A stretch of DNA of 39,415 nt from the NCBI GenBank assembly GCA_964584825.1, contig CAZPBI010000001.1, positions 6,700 to 46,114 of the forward strand, read 5' to 3'. Each line of letters opens with the position of its first letter. The stretch's first letter is position 1. Below the pieces are notes generated by a model that saw nothing but the letters and a program-made list of their open reading frames with translations, made no database searches and was not told where the DNA came from. This document shows, one piece after another, positions 16,893-26,123 of this stretch. Source of the DNA: Candidatus Woesearchaeota archaeon (GTDB taxonomy: Archaea; Nanobdellota; Nanobdellia; SCGC-AAA011-G17; JACPIM01). The translations under genes and the position numbers were made by a program.

Positions 16893-19800
16893 ATGACGGT
16901 AATTGAAAAAATATATTTAAGAGGATTTAAGTCATTCGCAAAACCAACAGAAATCCCCATATGTAACGGTTTTAACATTGCAATAGGGCCAAATGGATCT
17001 GGAAAGACTATACATCCTAACACCAAGATAAAACTGGCAAACGGCAGCGAAATCAAAATAGGCAAGTTAGTAGAAAGCCAATTGGGAAAGAATAAGGTTG
17101 AAACAATTGATGATGGAGTCTATTGTGAATCTAAGGAACCAATAGAGATCTTGTCATTAAATCCAATATCAATGAAATTAGAGAAAAAGAAAATTTCTAA
17201 ATTTATTAAAAGAAATGGTGACAAGCATTTATACAGGATAATAACAAAAACAGGGAAAGAAATTATTGCAACCCAAAGCCATCCGCTTATTACATATAAT
17301 AATAAAAAACTTAATAGTACATTGATTAAATACATAAAATTACATCAAAAGATAGCTTTACCTAGGGTGGTTAATTATTATAATAACAAAAAACAAATAA
17401 TTGAAAAACAAGTATTTTCTGTAAGGAAAGTTAATCCGAGTATAGATATATTACCACAAGAGGCAAATTTTTTAGTAAAAGAAACTGCAAACCTACTTGG
17501 ATTAAAAATTAGAAATATAAGAAAACAATATCCAAAATTAGCAGCTTATTGTGAAAATAGATGTTGCCCAACTAGGGATAGTATTAGAGAGATTATAGAC
17601 TTATTTAAGGAAAAATTAGAGATTTTGTATGATATTGAAATAAATATCATATTACACCAATTTAATTTAATTAATGCAATGGATCAACTCGCTTTATCAG
17701 ATAGGTATACTAGTGAAAAACTTGGCCCTAATCTGCAAATAATAAGACAGGATTGGGCACCTAGCAAATTTATAGCAAGGAGAGGAAACTTAGAACACTT
17801 TTTTGAATTTATAGAAAGTACAATTAAGGATAGATTATTAAAAATAAAATACAATTTAATGATTCTTTATAATTTAGCGAATTCTGATATTTTTTGGGAT
17901 GAGGTTATATCTATTAAAAAAGTAAGGGGTACAAGATATATTTATGATTTAACAATACCAGAGAATCATAATTTTATAGGAAATGGGATTTTTGTTCATA
18001 ATTCGAACATAATGGATGCCTTAACATTCGTTCTAGGCAAATCATCTGCAAAATCCATGAGAGCAGAAAGATCCTCAAATCTTATTTACAATGGTGGCAA
18101 AAAAGGTTCACCAGCAAGGGAAGCAGAAGTATCAATTTATTTTTCTAATAAAGAAAAAGAATTTCCATTAGCTACAGAAACTGTAAAAATAACTAGATTA
18201 GTTAAACAATCTGGTAATTCTATATATAAAATAAATGATAAAGGATACACAAGACAACAAGTAGTAGATGTTTTATCAAAAGCAAAGATAGATCCTAACG
18301 GTTACAACATAGTTTTACAGGGAGATATTACCTCATTAGTTACGATGAAACCTGAAGACAGGAGATTAATAATAGAAGATATCTCAGGAATCTCTTTATA
18401 CGAAGACAAAAAACAAAAAGCATTATTAGAATTAAATAAAGTAGAAGAAAAATTAAATGAATCTAACCTCATTTTAAAAGAAAGATCAGCATATTTAAGA
18501 GAATTAAAAGAAGAAAGAGATCAAGCATTAAAATATAAAGAAGTAGAAGAAAAAATAAAAGAAAATAAAGCTACCTATATAAATTTACAAATTAAAGAAA
18601 AAGAAGGAAAGAAAGAAGAAATCGAGAAAAAGACTTCAAAACAGCATGAAACATTAAATATTGTAAATAATAAAATAAAAGAATTAAAAGATGTCATTGA
18701 AAAAAAGAAAAATGAACTAGAATATATAAATAAAGAAATAGAAAATAAAGGTGAAGTCGAACAAGTATTATTACAAAAAGATCTTGAAAATTTAAGAGAA
18801 GACTTGATTAAAAAATCTACAAGGGCAGAAAATGTAAAATCAGAAATAGAAAAAATTACACAAAGAATTCAACAACTAAATAAAGACAAAGAAGAAATAC
18901 AAAAAAAGATACAATATCTAAATGAGCAGAAAAGTAAACTTGAAGACCAAGATTCTGAATTAAAACTGCAAGAATCTAAAATAAAGAAACAAATAACTAA
19001 TTTTAAGCAAGACCATAATTTAACTGACTTCTCTTCTATAGAAAAATTAGAATCAGAAATAGAAAACACGCAAAATAAATCATTCAAATTAAAAGAAGAA
19101 CAAAATCATATTCTTAATTTAATAGAAAAAAATTCCACCGATTTAGAAAGAATACATATAACTATAGAAGAGCAATTATCTCATGAAAATAAAGAAAAAC
19201 TACAAAATTTAAAAAAGATTGAAAAAGAAATAGATTACCTAGTAAATAAATACAATGTAACAATATCACAAATAGAATTAACCCATGACAGTTTAAATAT
19301 AAAGAAATTAGAACTAGGAGAATTACAAGCAACTAAAGTTAGAATCAATGAATCTCTAGAGGGAAATTTAGCAGTAAATACAATATTAAATTCCAAATTT
19401 CCAGGAGTTTATGGTACAATAGCCACTCTAGGTAGAGTAGATCAAAAATATGCCAAAGCAATGGAAGTAGTTGCAAGTTCTAGAATAAACAGCATTATTG
19501 TTGATACAGATTTAACTGCACAAAGATGTATTAATCTATTAAAAGAAAAAAAAGCTGGAACTGCCGTCTTTCTACCATTAAATAAACTAAAAGAAACAAA
19601 TGTCCCAAAAGAATTACAACAATTGAAAAATTTTTCTGGAGTAAAAGATTTAGCTATTAATCTAATAAGTTATGATAAAAAGTACAATAAAGCATTTTCT
19701 TATATTTTTGGTTCAACTTTAGTTGTTGATGACATAATAACTGCAAGGAAAATAGGTATCGGAAGAGCCAGAATGGTAACTTTAGACGGAGATCTAATGG

Positions 19801-21299
19801 AACACTCTGGTGCAATGATAGGGGGCTATAGAAAAAAAACCTTGGGCTTATTCGAACATAAAAATGTAGATAATAAGACTAATGAAATTGAGAATGAAAT
19901 TGAGAATCTTAAATCTAAATTATTAACATTGCAAAAAGAACGAACAGCCAAAAATAATGAAATAGAGAGATTAAAAAATGATAAATCCATTTTACAGGCA
20001 GAATTAGCAAAATTACAAATTGAAAATATAGATGAATTAAAAGAAGAAAGAATAAGATTAACTAAAGAAATTAAAGAATATCAAAATCAATTAAATAAAA
20101 CAGAAAAACAAATTAATGAAACACAAAAAGAATTAGAAAAACTAAAAGTATCAAGAAAACCTACAAAAACAGAAGAAAATCTACAAAATGTTTTGGATGA
20201 ATTAGAGAAAAAACAACTTGAGATTCATGGCAAGATAATACAAAACACTACAGAAATGAAAAATATACAAGATCAAATTTCTACCATCCATAAACCAGAA
20301 TTTGAAAAAATACATGAAATTATCAAACTACATGATAAAGAAGTTGAACAATTTAAAAAAGAATTAAAAAATTTAGGAGAGGAAGTTTCGGATAAAAAAA
20401 ATTTATTAATAGATAAAGAAAAGAAAGAAAAATTATTTAGAGAAAATTATAAATCATTATTCATAAAAAGAAATGAAATCCAAGATCATATAAGTAAATT
20501 AGAATCTAGAATAGGACAAGAAGACTTCAAAGCAAAAGAAATTGAAAAAAGAGTTAATGATATCTATTTAGAAAGAGCTAAAGTAGTTGCAGAACTGGAA
20601 GCACAACAAGCTGAGTTTGAGCCTTATATTGGTACTAAACTAAGAAAAAATATTTTAAAAGAAGATCTCAAAGCAGAAATTATAGAAGCAGAAAAATTAA
20701 TAAAAAATTTTGGAAATATAAACATGAAAGCCTTAGAAGTTTATGAAACTGCAGAAAAAGAATATCAAGAGTTAATTAAAAAATTAGAGGCCTTAAACAT
20801 AGAAAAGGGATCTGTTTTAAACATGATGGCTGAAATTGAAGATAAGAAAAAAAAATCATTTATGAAGACATATAAACAAATAGCTGAAAACTTCAAAAGA
20901 ATGTTTTTACAACTCTCCGCTAAAGGAGATGCATATTTAGATCTAGAAGACAAAGAAAATCCTTTAAACGGTGGTCTAAACATTAATGTAAGGATTGGGG
21001 GCACTAAATTTCTTGATCTACATTCTTTATCTGGCGGAGAAAAAGCATTAACAGCTTTAGCATTTATTTTTGCTATACAAGAATATGAACCATCTTCTTT
21101 TTATTTACTTGATGAAGTAGATGCTGCATTAGACAAAACAAATTCGCAGTTACTATCACAATTAATATCAAACCATGCCAAGAGTTCGCAATACATAGTA
21201 ATTTCACATAACGATCATATAATTACAGAAGCTGATCAGATTTATGGTGTTTCTATGCAACAAAATGGTATTTCTAAAATTGTAAGTCTAAAATTATAA
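16893..21299 (+). CDS. smc: SMC chromosome-segregation ATPase containing an intein in the Walker A loop
   Basis: IYLRGFKSF...IAIGPNGSGK | 332-aa insert | SNIMDALTFVLG. Long coiled coils and a hinge (GVYGTIATLG...VVDT). Signature LSGGEKALTALAFIFAI and Walker B FYLLDEVDAALD. Confidence 0.9.
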   Translation: MTVIEKIYLRGFKSFAKPTEIPICNGFNIAIGPNGSGKTIHPNTKIKLANGSEIKIGKLVESQLGKNKVETIDDGVYCESKEPIEILSLNPISMKLEKKKISKFIKRNGDKHLYRIITKTGKEIIATQSHPLITYNNKKLNSTLIKYIKLHQKIALPRVVNYYNNKKQIIEKQVFSVRKVNPSIDILPQEANFLVKETANLLGLKIRNIRKQYPKLAAYCENRCCPTRDSIREIIDLFKEKLEILYDIEINIILHQFNLINAMDQLALSDRYTSEKLGPNLQIIRQDWAPSKFIARRGNLEHFFEFIESTIKDRLLKIKYNLMILYNLANSDIFWDEVISIKKVRGTRYIYDLTIPENHNFIGNGIFVHNSNIMDALTFVLGKSSAKSMRAERSSNLIYNGGKKGSPAREAEVSIYFSNKEKEFPLATETVKITRLVKQSGNSIYKINDKGYTRQQVVDVLSKAKIDPNGYNIVLQGDITSLVTMKPEDRRLIIEDISGISLYEDKKQKALLELNKVEEKLNESNLILKERSAYLRELKEERDQALKYKEVEEKIKENKATYINLQIKEKEGKKEEIEKKTSKQHETLNIVNNKIKELKDVIEKKKNELEYINKEIENKGEVEQVLLQKDLENLREDLIKKSTRAENVKSEIEKITQRIQQLNKDKEEIQKKIQYLNEQKSKLEDQDSELKLQESKIKKQITNFKQDHNLTDFSSIEKLESEIENTQNKSFKLKEEQNHILNLIEKNSTDLERIHITIEEQLSHENKEKLQNLKKIEKEIDYLVNKYNVTISQIELTHDSLNIKKLELGELQATKVRINESLEGNLAVNTILNSKFPGVYGTIATLGRVDQKYAKAMEVVASSRINSIIVDTDLTAQRCINLLKEKKAGTAVFLPLNKLKETNVPKELQQLKNFSGVKDLAINLISYDKKYNKAFSYIFGSTLVVDDIITARKIGIGRARMVTLDGDLMEHSGAMIGGYRKKTLGLFEHKNVDNKTNEIENEIENLKSKLLTLQKERTAKNNEIERLKNDKSILQAELAKLQIENIDELKEERIRLTKEIKEYQNQLNKTEKQINETQKELEKLKVSRKPTKTEENLQNVLDELEKKQLEIHGKIIQNTTEMKNIQDQISTIHKPEFEKIHEIIKLHDKEVEQFKKELKNLGEEVSDKKNLLIDKEKKEKLFRENYKSLFIKRNEIQDHISKLESRIGQEDFKAKEIEKRVNDIYLERAKVVAELEAQQAEFEPYIGTKLRKNILKEDLKAEIIEAEKLIKNFGNINMKALEVYETAEKEYQELIKKLEALNIEKGSVLNMMAEIEDKKKKSFMKTYKQIAENFKRMFLQLSAKGDAYLDLEDKENPLNGGLNINVRIGGTKFLDLHSLSGGEKALTALAFIFAIQEYEPSSFYLLDEVDAALDKTNSQLLSQLISNHAKSSQYIVISHNDHIITEADQIYGVSMQQNGISKIVSLKL
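17007..18002 (+). other. Intein-like insertion (332 aa) in the SMC P-loop
   Basis: Block A-like TIHPNTKIKLANGSEIKIGKL, block B IATQSHPLI, blocks F/G RYIYDLTIPENHNFIGNGIFVHN followed by Ser+1. Excision restores GPNGSGKSNIMDAL. Confidence 0.8.
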
Positions 21300-21317
21300 A
21301 TTATCACTTAATAGTAA

Positions 21318-21533
21318 CTATATAAACCTCCTTCTAAACCTAATTAATTCTATTAATAATACTAATAATATTAAAATAATTAATCCAAGAATACCAATAG
21401 ATAAATTATCCAATATAAAACTAAGTCTACTAACATTCCCTGTAATCCCGGCCCCCAATAAACTAAATACTACGACAAGAGAGATCACAATAGTTAAAAC
21501 AATTAAACCTATAAGAAGATTCTTTAATCCCAT
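21318..21533 (-). CDS. Small membrane protein (2 TM), unknown function
   Basis: 71 aa, two hydrophobic helices, RFRRRF at the C-terminus. Confidence 0.35.
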   Translation of the reverse strand: MGLKNLLIGLIVLTIVISLVVVFSLLGAGITGNVSRLSFILDNLSIGILGLIILILLVLLIELIRFRRRFI

Positions 21534-21572
21534 CTTATTTAATATTAAGAATACACAGTTATTTAAATATTA

Positions 21573-22058
21573 TTAATAAGTTCTCCTAGTCGGCATTGGT
21601 ATAACACAATCAGGAGCTGGTTCCCTTAACGAAAGTCCTAAAGATTTCATAACTATTCCAGTATCCTCCATTAAAACATGATATCCTGAATCATCACCAT
21701 CAGCTGCTCCTTTAAGTGAATAACGTCTGTCCCTAAGATTTATTTCTCCTATAGGAAATTGATCGTGTGCCAAGTTTAATCTTCCGCAATTTGAAAACAT
21801 TATGGCTATACCAGAAGGTGTTTTTCTATAAAACCTAGTTAACCACACATGCCCTATTGAACAATGTTTATCTCCATATTTACTTTTACCATCTGGTAAA
21901 CTAATAAATATAGCACTAATTGCTCTATTCAATATAAACTCCAAATCTTCAGCATCCTCCGCATTTTCAGCAAGTGTCTTCAATCCTTTACCAATAGATT
22001 CCATAATAGCAGATGATCTTGGTCCAACATCAACATTTAAATTAGCCATATATAACAA
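21573..22058 (-). CDS. Hypothetical soluble protein, no family recognised
   Basis: A 161-aa ORF with higher GC and Arg-rich rather than Lys-rich composition compared with neighbours. Contains HCSIGHVW and NCGRLNLAHDQFP segments. ATG candidates at codons 1 and 4. Confidence 0.45.
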   Translation of the reverse strand: MLYMANLNVDVGPRSSAIMESIGKGLKTLAENAEDAEDLEFILNRAISAIFISLPDGKSKYGDKHCSIGHVWLTRFYRKTPSGIAIMFSNCGRLNLAHDQFPIGEINLRDRRYSLKGAADGDDSGYHVLMEDTGIVMKSLGLSLREPAPDCVIPMPTRRTY

Positions 22059-22138
22059 AAAATATTTACAATATTTAAAAATATCTATAGAGAAAAAGTA
22101 ATAATAAAAAACTTATAAAAAAATAAAAAAAGATAGAC

Positions 22139-23443
22139 TTAATAATAAGTCTGTCCTTCTATAGTTTCAGGTTCTCCACCTTTTTCTGATTTCCCTACTC
22201 TTCTAAAGGCTATAACTAACCCTAATATTACTAAAATTATCACTAAAATTACAAAAGCAATTTCTAATGCTTTCTGTGTATTCTCAAATGTTGGTCTAGT
22301 TTCAATTTTCTTCTCTACAATGTTAGCATTCAAGTTAACTTCCTTAACTTTTATACCGTCTGACATAATGTTAACCTTAAAGTTTTGCTGTCCAGCAGGA
22401 GCATTTTCATTTGCCTTTACAAATACAAATATTTCTCCAGCCTCCCCTTGATCAACAGATACAAAAGCAGGACTTACTCTACTAGTTGCCCATGCTCCAA
22501 CGCCCTCGACTTCTGCAGAATACAATGTCCTTTGATTACCCAGATTAGCAATCATAAATTTATAAGGAACTTCACTACCTTGGGTAACACTCTGTGAGCT
22601 CATGTCAACACTAATAATCGCCTTAGCTATAGCAGTCTCTTCTTGGCCCTCTACTAATATAGTCCTCTTATCTGTTATAGTTTCATGTCCTCTGCTAAAT
22701 TCAACTTCAACTTCTACTGTATACTCACCTGATTTAGCATTCTTAGGAATAAATAACACTAACTCCTCAGTAGATTCAGATGTTTCTTCATCATCATCAT
22801 TACTATCTTCTTCTGCTACTAGTTCATCTATAAATCCCTTAGTACTTATCCCTAATTCAGGTACACTTAGTTTAACTAGAACATCGTCTTCTTTTTTCTC
22901 ACCCAAATTTTCTACTCTAACAACTGCCCTTAAAGCCCTTCCTGCTTCAACAGTGTTACTTGGTAAGAAGATAACATCCAAGATATTTAGTTTATGTCTT
23001 TCCTTTCTAACACCCAATTTAAATGTTTTAGAAAGTTCAGCGCTTCCTACATTATCAAAGATTTCAACATGTAGGGCAAATTCCTCATCTTCATCTAATT
23101 CTATATCATCTGGTATATCTAGATTCAAGAATTTATTATAAATTAAACCCGGTTCAACAGCGAATATTTCTGTTCTATCCTCTACATCACCAAATTCAAA
23201 TCCGCCTATCCATGCCTTAACCCTTGCTCTTTCACTGTCTATATTGGATTTAAACTGTACTCTAATTTCTACATCATCCCCTCTTTCAACTTGTATAATT
23301 TGTCCCTCTTTAACTTCTACTCTGTCAACTTCAATCAAAACATCTTGAAAGTCTTCAGGAGCAGATTCTTGCGCAATAACTAAACTTGATAAAGTACTCA
23401 AGCTAATTAATGCAACAAACAACATAGCTATCAACTTGTTCAT
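22139..23443 (-). CDS. Acidic secreted cell-surface (S-layer/COG1361-like) protein with a C-terminal TM anchor
   Basis: Start moved to the ATG giving MNKLIAMLFVALISLSTLSSLVIAQES (signal peptide). Repeated beta-rich Glu/Asp/Val-rich modules. C-terminal TM IAFVILVIILVILGLVIAF followed by RRVGK. A TATA-like TTTATATATTA lies upstream at about 23493-23504. Confidence 0.55.
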   Translation of the reverse strand: MNKLIAMLFVALISLSTLSSLVIAQESAPEDFQDVLIEVDRVEVKEGQIIQVERGDDVEIRVQFKSNIDSERARVKAWIGGFEFGDVEDRTEIFAVEPGLIYNKFLNLDIPDDIELDEDEEFALHVEIFDNVGSAELSKTFKLGVRKERHKLNILDVIFLPSNTVEAGRALRAVVRVENLGEKKEDDVLVKLSVPELGISTKGFIDELVAEEDSNDDDEETSESTEELVLFIPKNAKSGEYTVEVEVEFSRGHETITDKRTILVEGQEETAIAKAIISVDMSSQSVTQGSEVPYKFMIANLGNQRTLYSAEVEGVGAWATSRVSPAFVSVDQGEAGEIFVFVKANENAPAGQQNFKVNIMSDGIKVKEVNLNANIVEKKIETRPTFENTQKALEIAFVILVIILVILGLVIAFRRVGKSEKGGEPETIEGQTYY

Positions 23444-23719
23444 TGAATATCCCCCCAAACATCATGATTATTATTGCAAAGTGGTAATTCACTAATATAT
23501 AAAGCTTATGGTAATAAATATATTTCATAATAGTAGCAATTTAGTAGTCATTTTATCACTACCAGTAACAAAATTTATTATTTTCTAGTTGTTTGCCAAA
23601 ACAAGTTAACACTATGAGAAATAACATTTAATCAGATTTTTATTTTAATTAGTATTTAAGCCCATTTTCCATTTTTTATGAATTAATTTTTATTATTGTA
23701 GTTACTTTAAGTAATAAAT

Positions 23720-23836
23720 TGGGGATGCCAGGATTTGAACCTGAATCAATCGGTTTCTCTCTATGTATGAATCAATAAAGGCTGGAGCCGATTACACTCA
23801 CCGTGTCTAAGACTAACCGGGTTATGCTACATCCCC
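23720..23836 (-). tRNA. trnW: tRNA-Trp (anticodon CCA) with a canonical 37/38 intron and about 16 extra nt in the D-loop
   Basis: Minus strand: GGGGATG TA GCAT AACCCGGTTA[GTCTTAGACACGGTGA]GTGT A ATCGG CTCCAG[27 nt]A CCGAT TGAT TCAGG TTCAAAT CCTGG CATCCCC A. Acceptor is 7 bp, anticodon stem 5 bp, T-arm 5 bp with a TTCAAAT loop. CCA is not encoded. It is the only GC-rich non-coding island in the window. Confidence 0.8.
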
Positions 23837-23861
23837 TTTAATAAATAAAAACTAAAAGTTC

Positions 23862-23878
23862 ATATATAAACCTTTTTC
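23862..23878 (-). promoter_or_regulatory. Archaeal BRE/TATA promoter for tRNA-Trp
   Basis: Minus strand reads GAAAAAGG TTTATATAT. The TATA ends 26 nt upstream of tRNA position 1, the canonical archaeal spacing. Confidence 0.45.
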
Positions 23879-23917
23879 TGCATAAAACCTTATAATCTCA
23901 AAAACATTCTTTGTCTT

Positions 23918-25747
23918 ATGGAACAAATCTATTTTCCCTATGAAAAACCAAGACAAGTTCAAAAAGCATTAATAACACAAATTCAATCCTGCATAGAAAA
24001 TAAACAAAATCTAATAGCCCATGCTCCTACTGGTTTGGGTAAAACGATAGCATTTCTAAGTCCTGCATTGCCCTATGCTATAAAAAATGACCTTACTTTA
24101 TTTTTTCTAACACCTAAACATTCACAACATCATATCGCAGTAGAAACCCTCAAACTAATAAAAGAAAAATTCAAACTAGATTTTAATATTGTAGATTTTA
24201 TTGGCAAAAAACACATGTGTCTTCAACCAGGTGTTGAAATATTGCCTCAAGGAGAGTTTTATGATTATTGTAGAGAACTAAGAAGAAAAGATCTATGTGA
24301 ATTTTTTCTAAACCTAAAAAATAAACCATTGAGAGATCTTACATTAAATCAAGCTGAACAACCATTGCACGTTGAAGAACTTAATCATATTTGCAGAGAA
24401 CATGGTTTATGTCCCTATGAAATTGCGGGTATTTTAGGAAAAAAGGCAACCGTAATCATAGCAGATTATTATCATTTATTATCTCCATCAATAAGAGACT
24501 CCTTATTCAGCAGAATTCAAAAAGATCTTTCCAAATCGATCATTTACTTTGATGAAGCACATAATCTACCAGAAAAATGCAGAGAACTATTAACAGTAAT
24601 TTTATCTTCATTAACTGTAAATAAATCATTAAAAGAAAATAAAGAATTTAACTTTGATTTCGAAGAAGACTTGTTTAATATACTAAATAATTTATCAGTG
24701 TTATCAAAAAAAATACCTCTAGATAAAGATGAAGCCTTAGTTAAAAAAGAAGAATTCCTTACAGATCGATCATTAATAGAACCAATGAGAGAAGCTGCTG
24801 ATATTGTAAGAGAAAAACAAAAGAGATCCTCTTTAAGCACTGTAGCTAATTTTTTAGAAATATGGAACGGACCAGATCATTCTTTCATAAGAATAATACA
24901 AAGAAGGTTTTCAAAAAATGGTAGACCATATTTTAATCTAACTTATAGATGTCTAGATCCATCTTTATTAATGTCACAATTAAATGTACACACTTTAATT
25001 TTAATGTCGGGAACCTTATCGCCTGTTTCTATGTATTTAGATCTACTAGGTTTAAATAAAAGTAACACCATAACAGTAGAATACTCAAATCCATTTCCTA
25101 TAAATAACAGACTAAATCTAATAGTTCCAACCACTACAACCAAATTTACAGAAAGAAATGAATCCATGTATAAAAGAATATCAAGAATTTGTGCAGATAT
25201 TGCAAATATAACGCCTGGAAATTCAGCGGTATTTTTTCCGTCTTATGAAGTAAGAAATCAAGTTCTTTATTTCTTTAAACACGATTGTGAAAAAACTATA
25301 ATAAATGAAGAACCAAAATTAACAAAACATGAAAAACAACTGCTTATTGAAGAATTTAAATCTAATAAAAATGAAGGTAGTGTTCTATTAGGCGCTTCTT
25401 CTGGTTCATTTGGCGAAGGTATAGACCTTCCAGGAGATTTATTAAAAACAGTAATAATTGTTGGTTTACCACTTGCTAAGCCAGATATAGAAACACAAGA
25501 ATTAATTAATTATTATGACCAAAAATTTGCTAAGGGGTGGGATTATGGTTACATTTATCCTGCAATTACAAAAACAATTCAAAATGCTGGTAGATGTATA
25601 AGATCAGAAAAGGATAGGGGCTGCGTTATTTATTTAGATGTACGTTATGCTTGGGAAAATTATAAAAAATGTTTTCCAAATGATTATAACTTCATAATAA
25701 CAAAATTGCCACAAGAAAAAATTAAGGAATTTTTTAAGAATAAGTAA
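23918..25747 (+). CDS. xpd: XPD/Rad3-family 5'-3' DNA helicase (FeS-cluster helicase)
   Basis: Walker A HAPTGLGKT and DEAH box YFDEAHNL. Cys residues of the FeS domain (HMCLQPG, YDYCRELRRKDLCEF, GLCPYE). C-terminal motifs GSFGEGIDLPG and QNAGRCIRS. Confidence 0.85.
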   Translation: MEQIYFPYEKPRQVQKALITQIQSCIENKQNLIAHAPTGLGKTIAFLSPALPYAIKNDLTLFFLTPKHSQHHIAVETLKLIKEKFKLDFNIVDFIGKKHMCLQPGVEILPQGEFYDYCRELRRKDLCEFFLNLKNKPLRDLTLNQAEQPLHVEELNHICREHGLCPYEIAGILGKKATVIIADYYHLLSPSIRDSLFSRIQKDLSKSIIYFDEAHNLPEKCRELLTVILSSLTVNKSLKENKEFNFDFEEDLFNILNNLSVLSKKIPLDKDEALVKKEEFLTDRSLIEPMREAADIVREKQKRSSLSTVANFLEIWNGPDHSFIRIIQRRFSKNGRPYFNLTYRCLDPSLLMSQLNVHTLILMSGTLSPVSMYLDLLGLNKSNTITVEYSNPFPINNRLNLIVPTTTTKFTERNESMYKRISRICADIANITPGNSAVFFPSYEVRNQVLYFFKHDCEKTIINEEPKLTKHEKQLLIEEFKSNKNEGSVLLGASSGSFGEGIDLPGDLLKTVIIVGLPLAKPDIETQELINYYDQKFAKGWDYGYIYPAITKTIQNAGRCIRSEKDRGCVIYLDVRYAWENYKKCFPNDYNFIITKLPQEKIKEFFKNK

Positions 25748-26123
25748 ACTGTCCCTTTTGTAATTCATAACATCTTTCTTCTACCCTTCTAGTTTCTTTA
25801 ATATACTCCCTATTTTGAGAAAACCATTTATACCCATAATAATCATTATTAGTTATTTTATCGCAAAATTCTTTATTAATTTCTGATTTTCTTATTGCTT
25901 TTACACCTAATATTGCATTATAACATGCAGATTTATAAAATTCTATTTCATTACATTTATTTTCAGCATCTTCTATAGTTTCTATTAATAATATATCTAT
26001 AGTCCGATCATAAGCTGCAACATCATAATTCAATGAGGTTATATAAACAAAACCAACATATGCAGTTACCCCCAATAATATTATAACTAACAATTCAACA
26101 ATAACAAAAATCACTTCATTCAT
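25734..26123 (-). CDS. Membrane-anchored Cys-containing protein, unknown function
   Basis: N-terminal TM then about 95 aa with 5 Cys. Its ATG overlaps the stop of the upstream Zn-ribbon gene (ATGA), implying translational coupling. Confidence 0.4.
   Translation of the reverse strand: MNEVIFVIVELLVIILLGVTAYVGFVYITSLNYDVAAYDRTIDILLIETIEDAENKCNEIEFYKSACYNAILGVKAIRKSEINKEFCDKITNNDYYGYKWFSQNREYIKETRRVEERCYELQKGQFTYS

Noticed and set aside
17300-17900. LAGLIDADG or HNH homing endonuclease in the intein's central region.
   Set aside because: I scanned the ~190 aa between blocks B and F. The only weak match is LLGLKIRN, which lacks the acidic Gly-Asp-Gly part, and there is no second motif. I therefore did not call an endonuclease.
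18400-20900. Periodic A/G-rich repeats (gaaaaa, aaagaa) as a possible CRISPR or tandem-repeat array. This includes an exact 12-nt duplication, aatgaaattgag, at 19881..19904.
   Set aside because: It is all in frame within the SMC coiled-coil arms (Glu/Lys/Asn heptads). There are no direct repeats of 24-40 nt with unique spacers. The 12-nt duplication just encodes NEIENEIE.
22602-23141. 179-aa Ser-rich ORF, and 22385..22597, on the plus strand.
   Set aside because: They lie entirely antisense to the well-supported acidic surface-protein gene. The low-complexity Ser/Leu composition is the mirror of Glu/Asp codons. These are shadow ORFs.
23459-23719. 261-nt AT-rich non-coding spacer between the surface-protein gene and the tRNA, considered as a replication origin or ncRNA.
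   Set aside because: No ORB-like repeats, only trivial short repeats (TAGTAG, GTAATAAAT), and no GC-rich structured segment. It is most simply the promoter and leader of the surface-protein gene.
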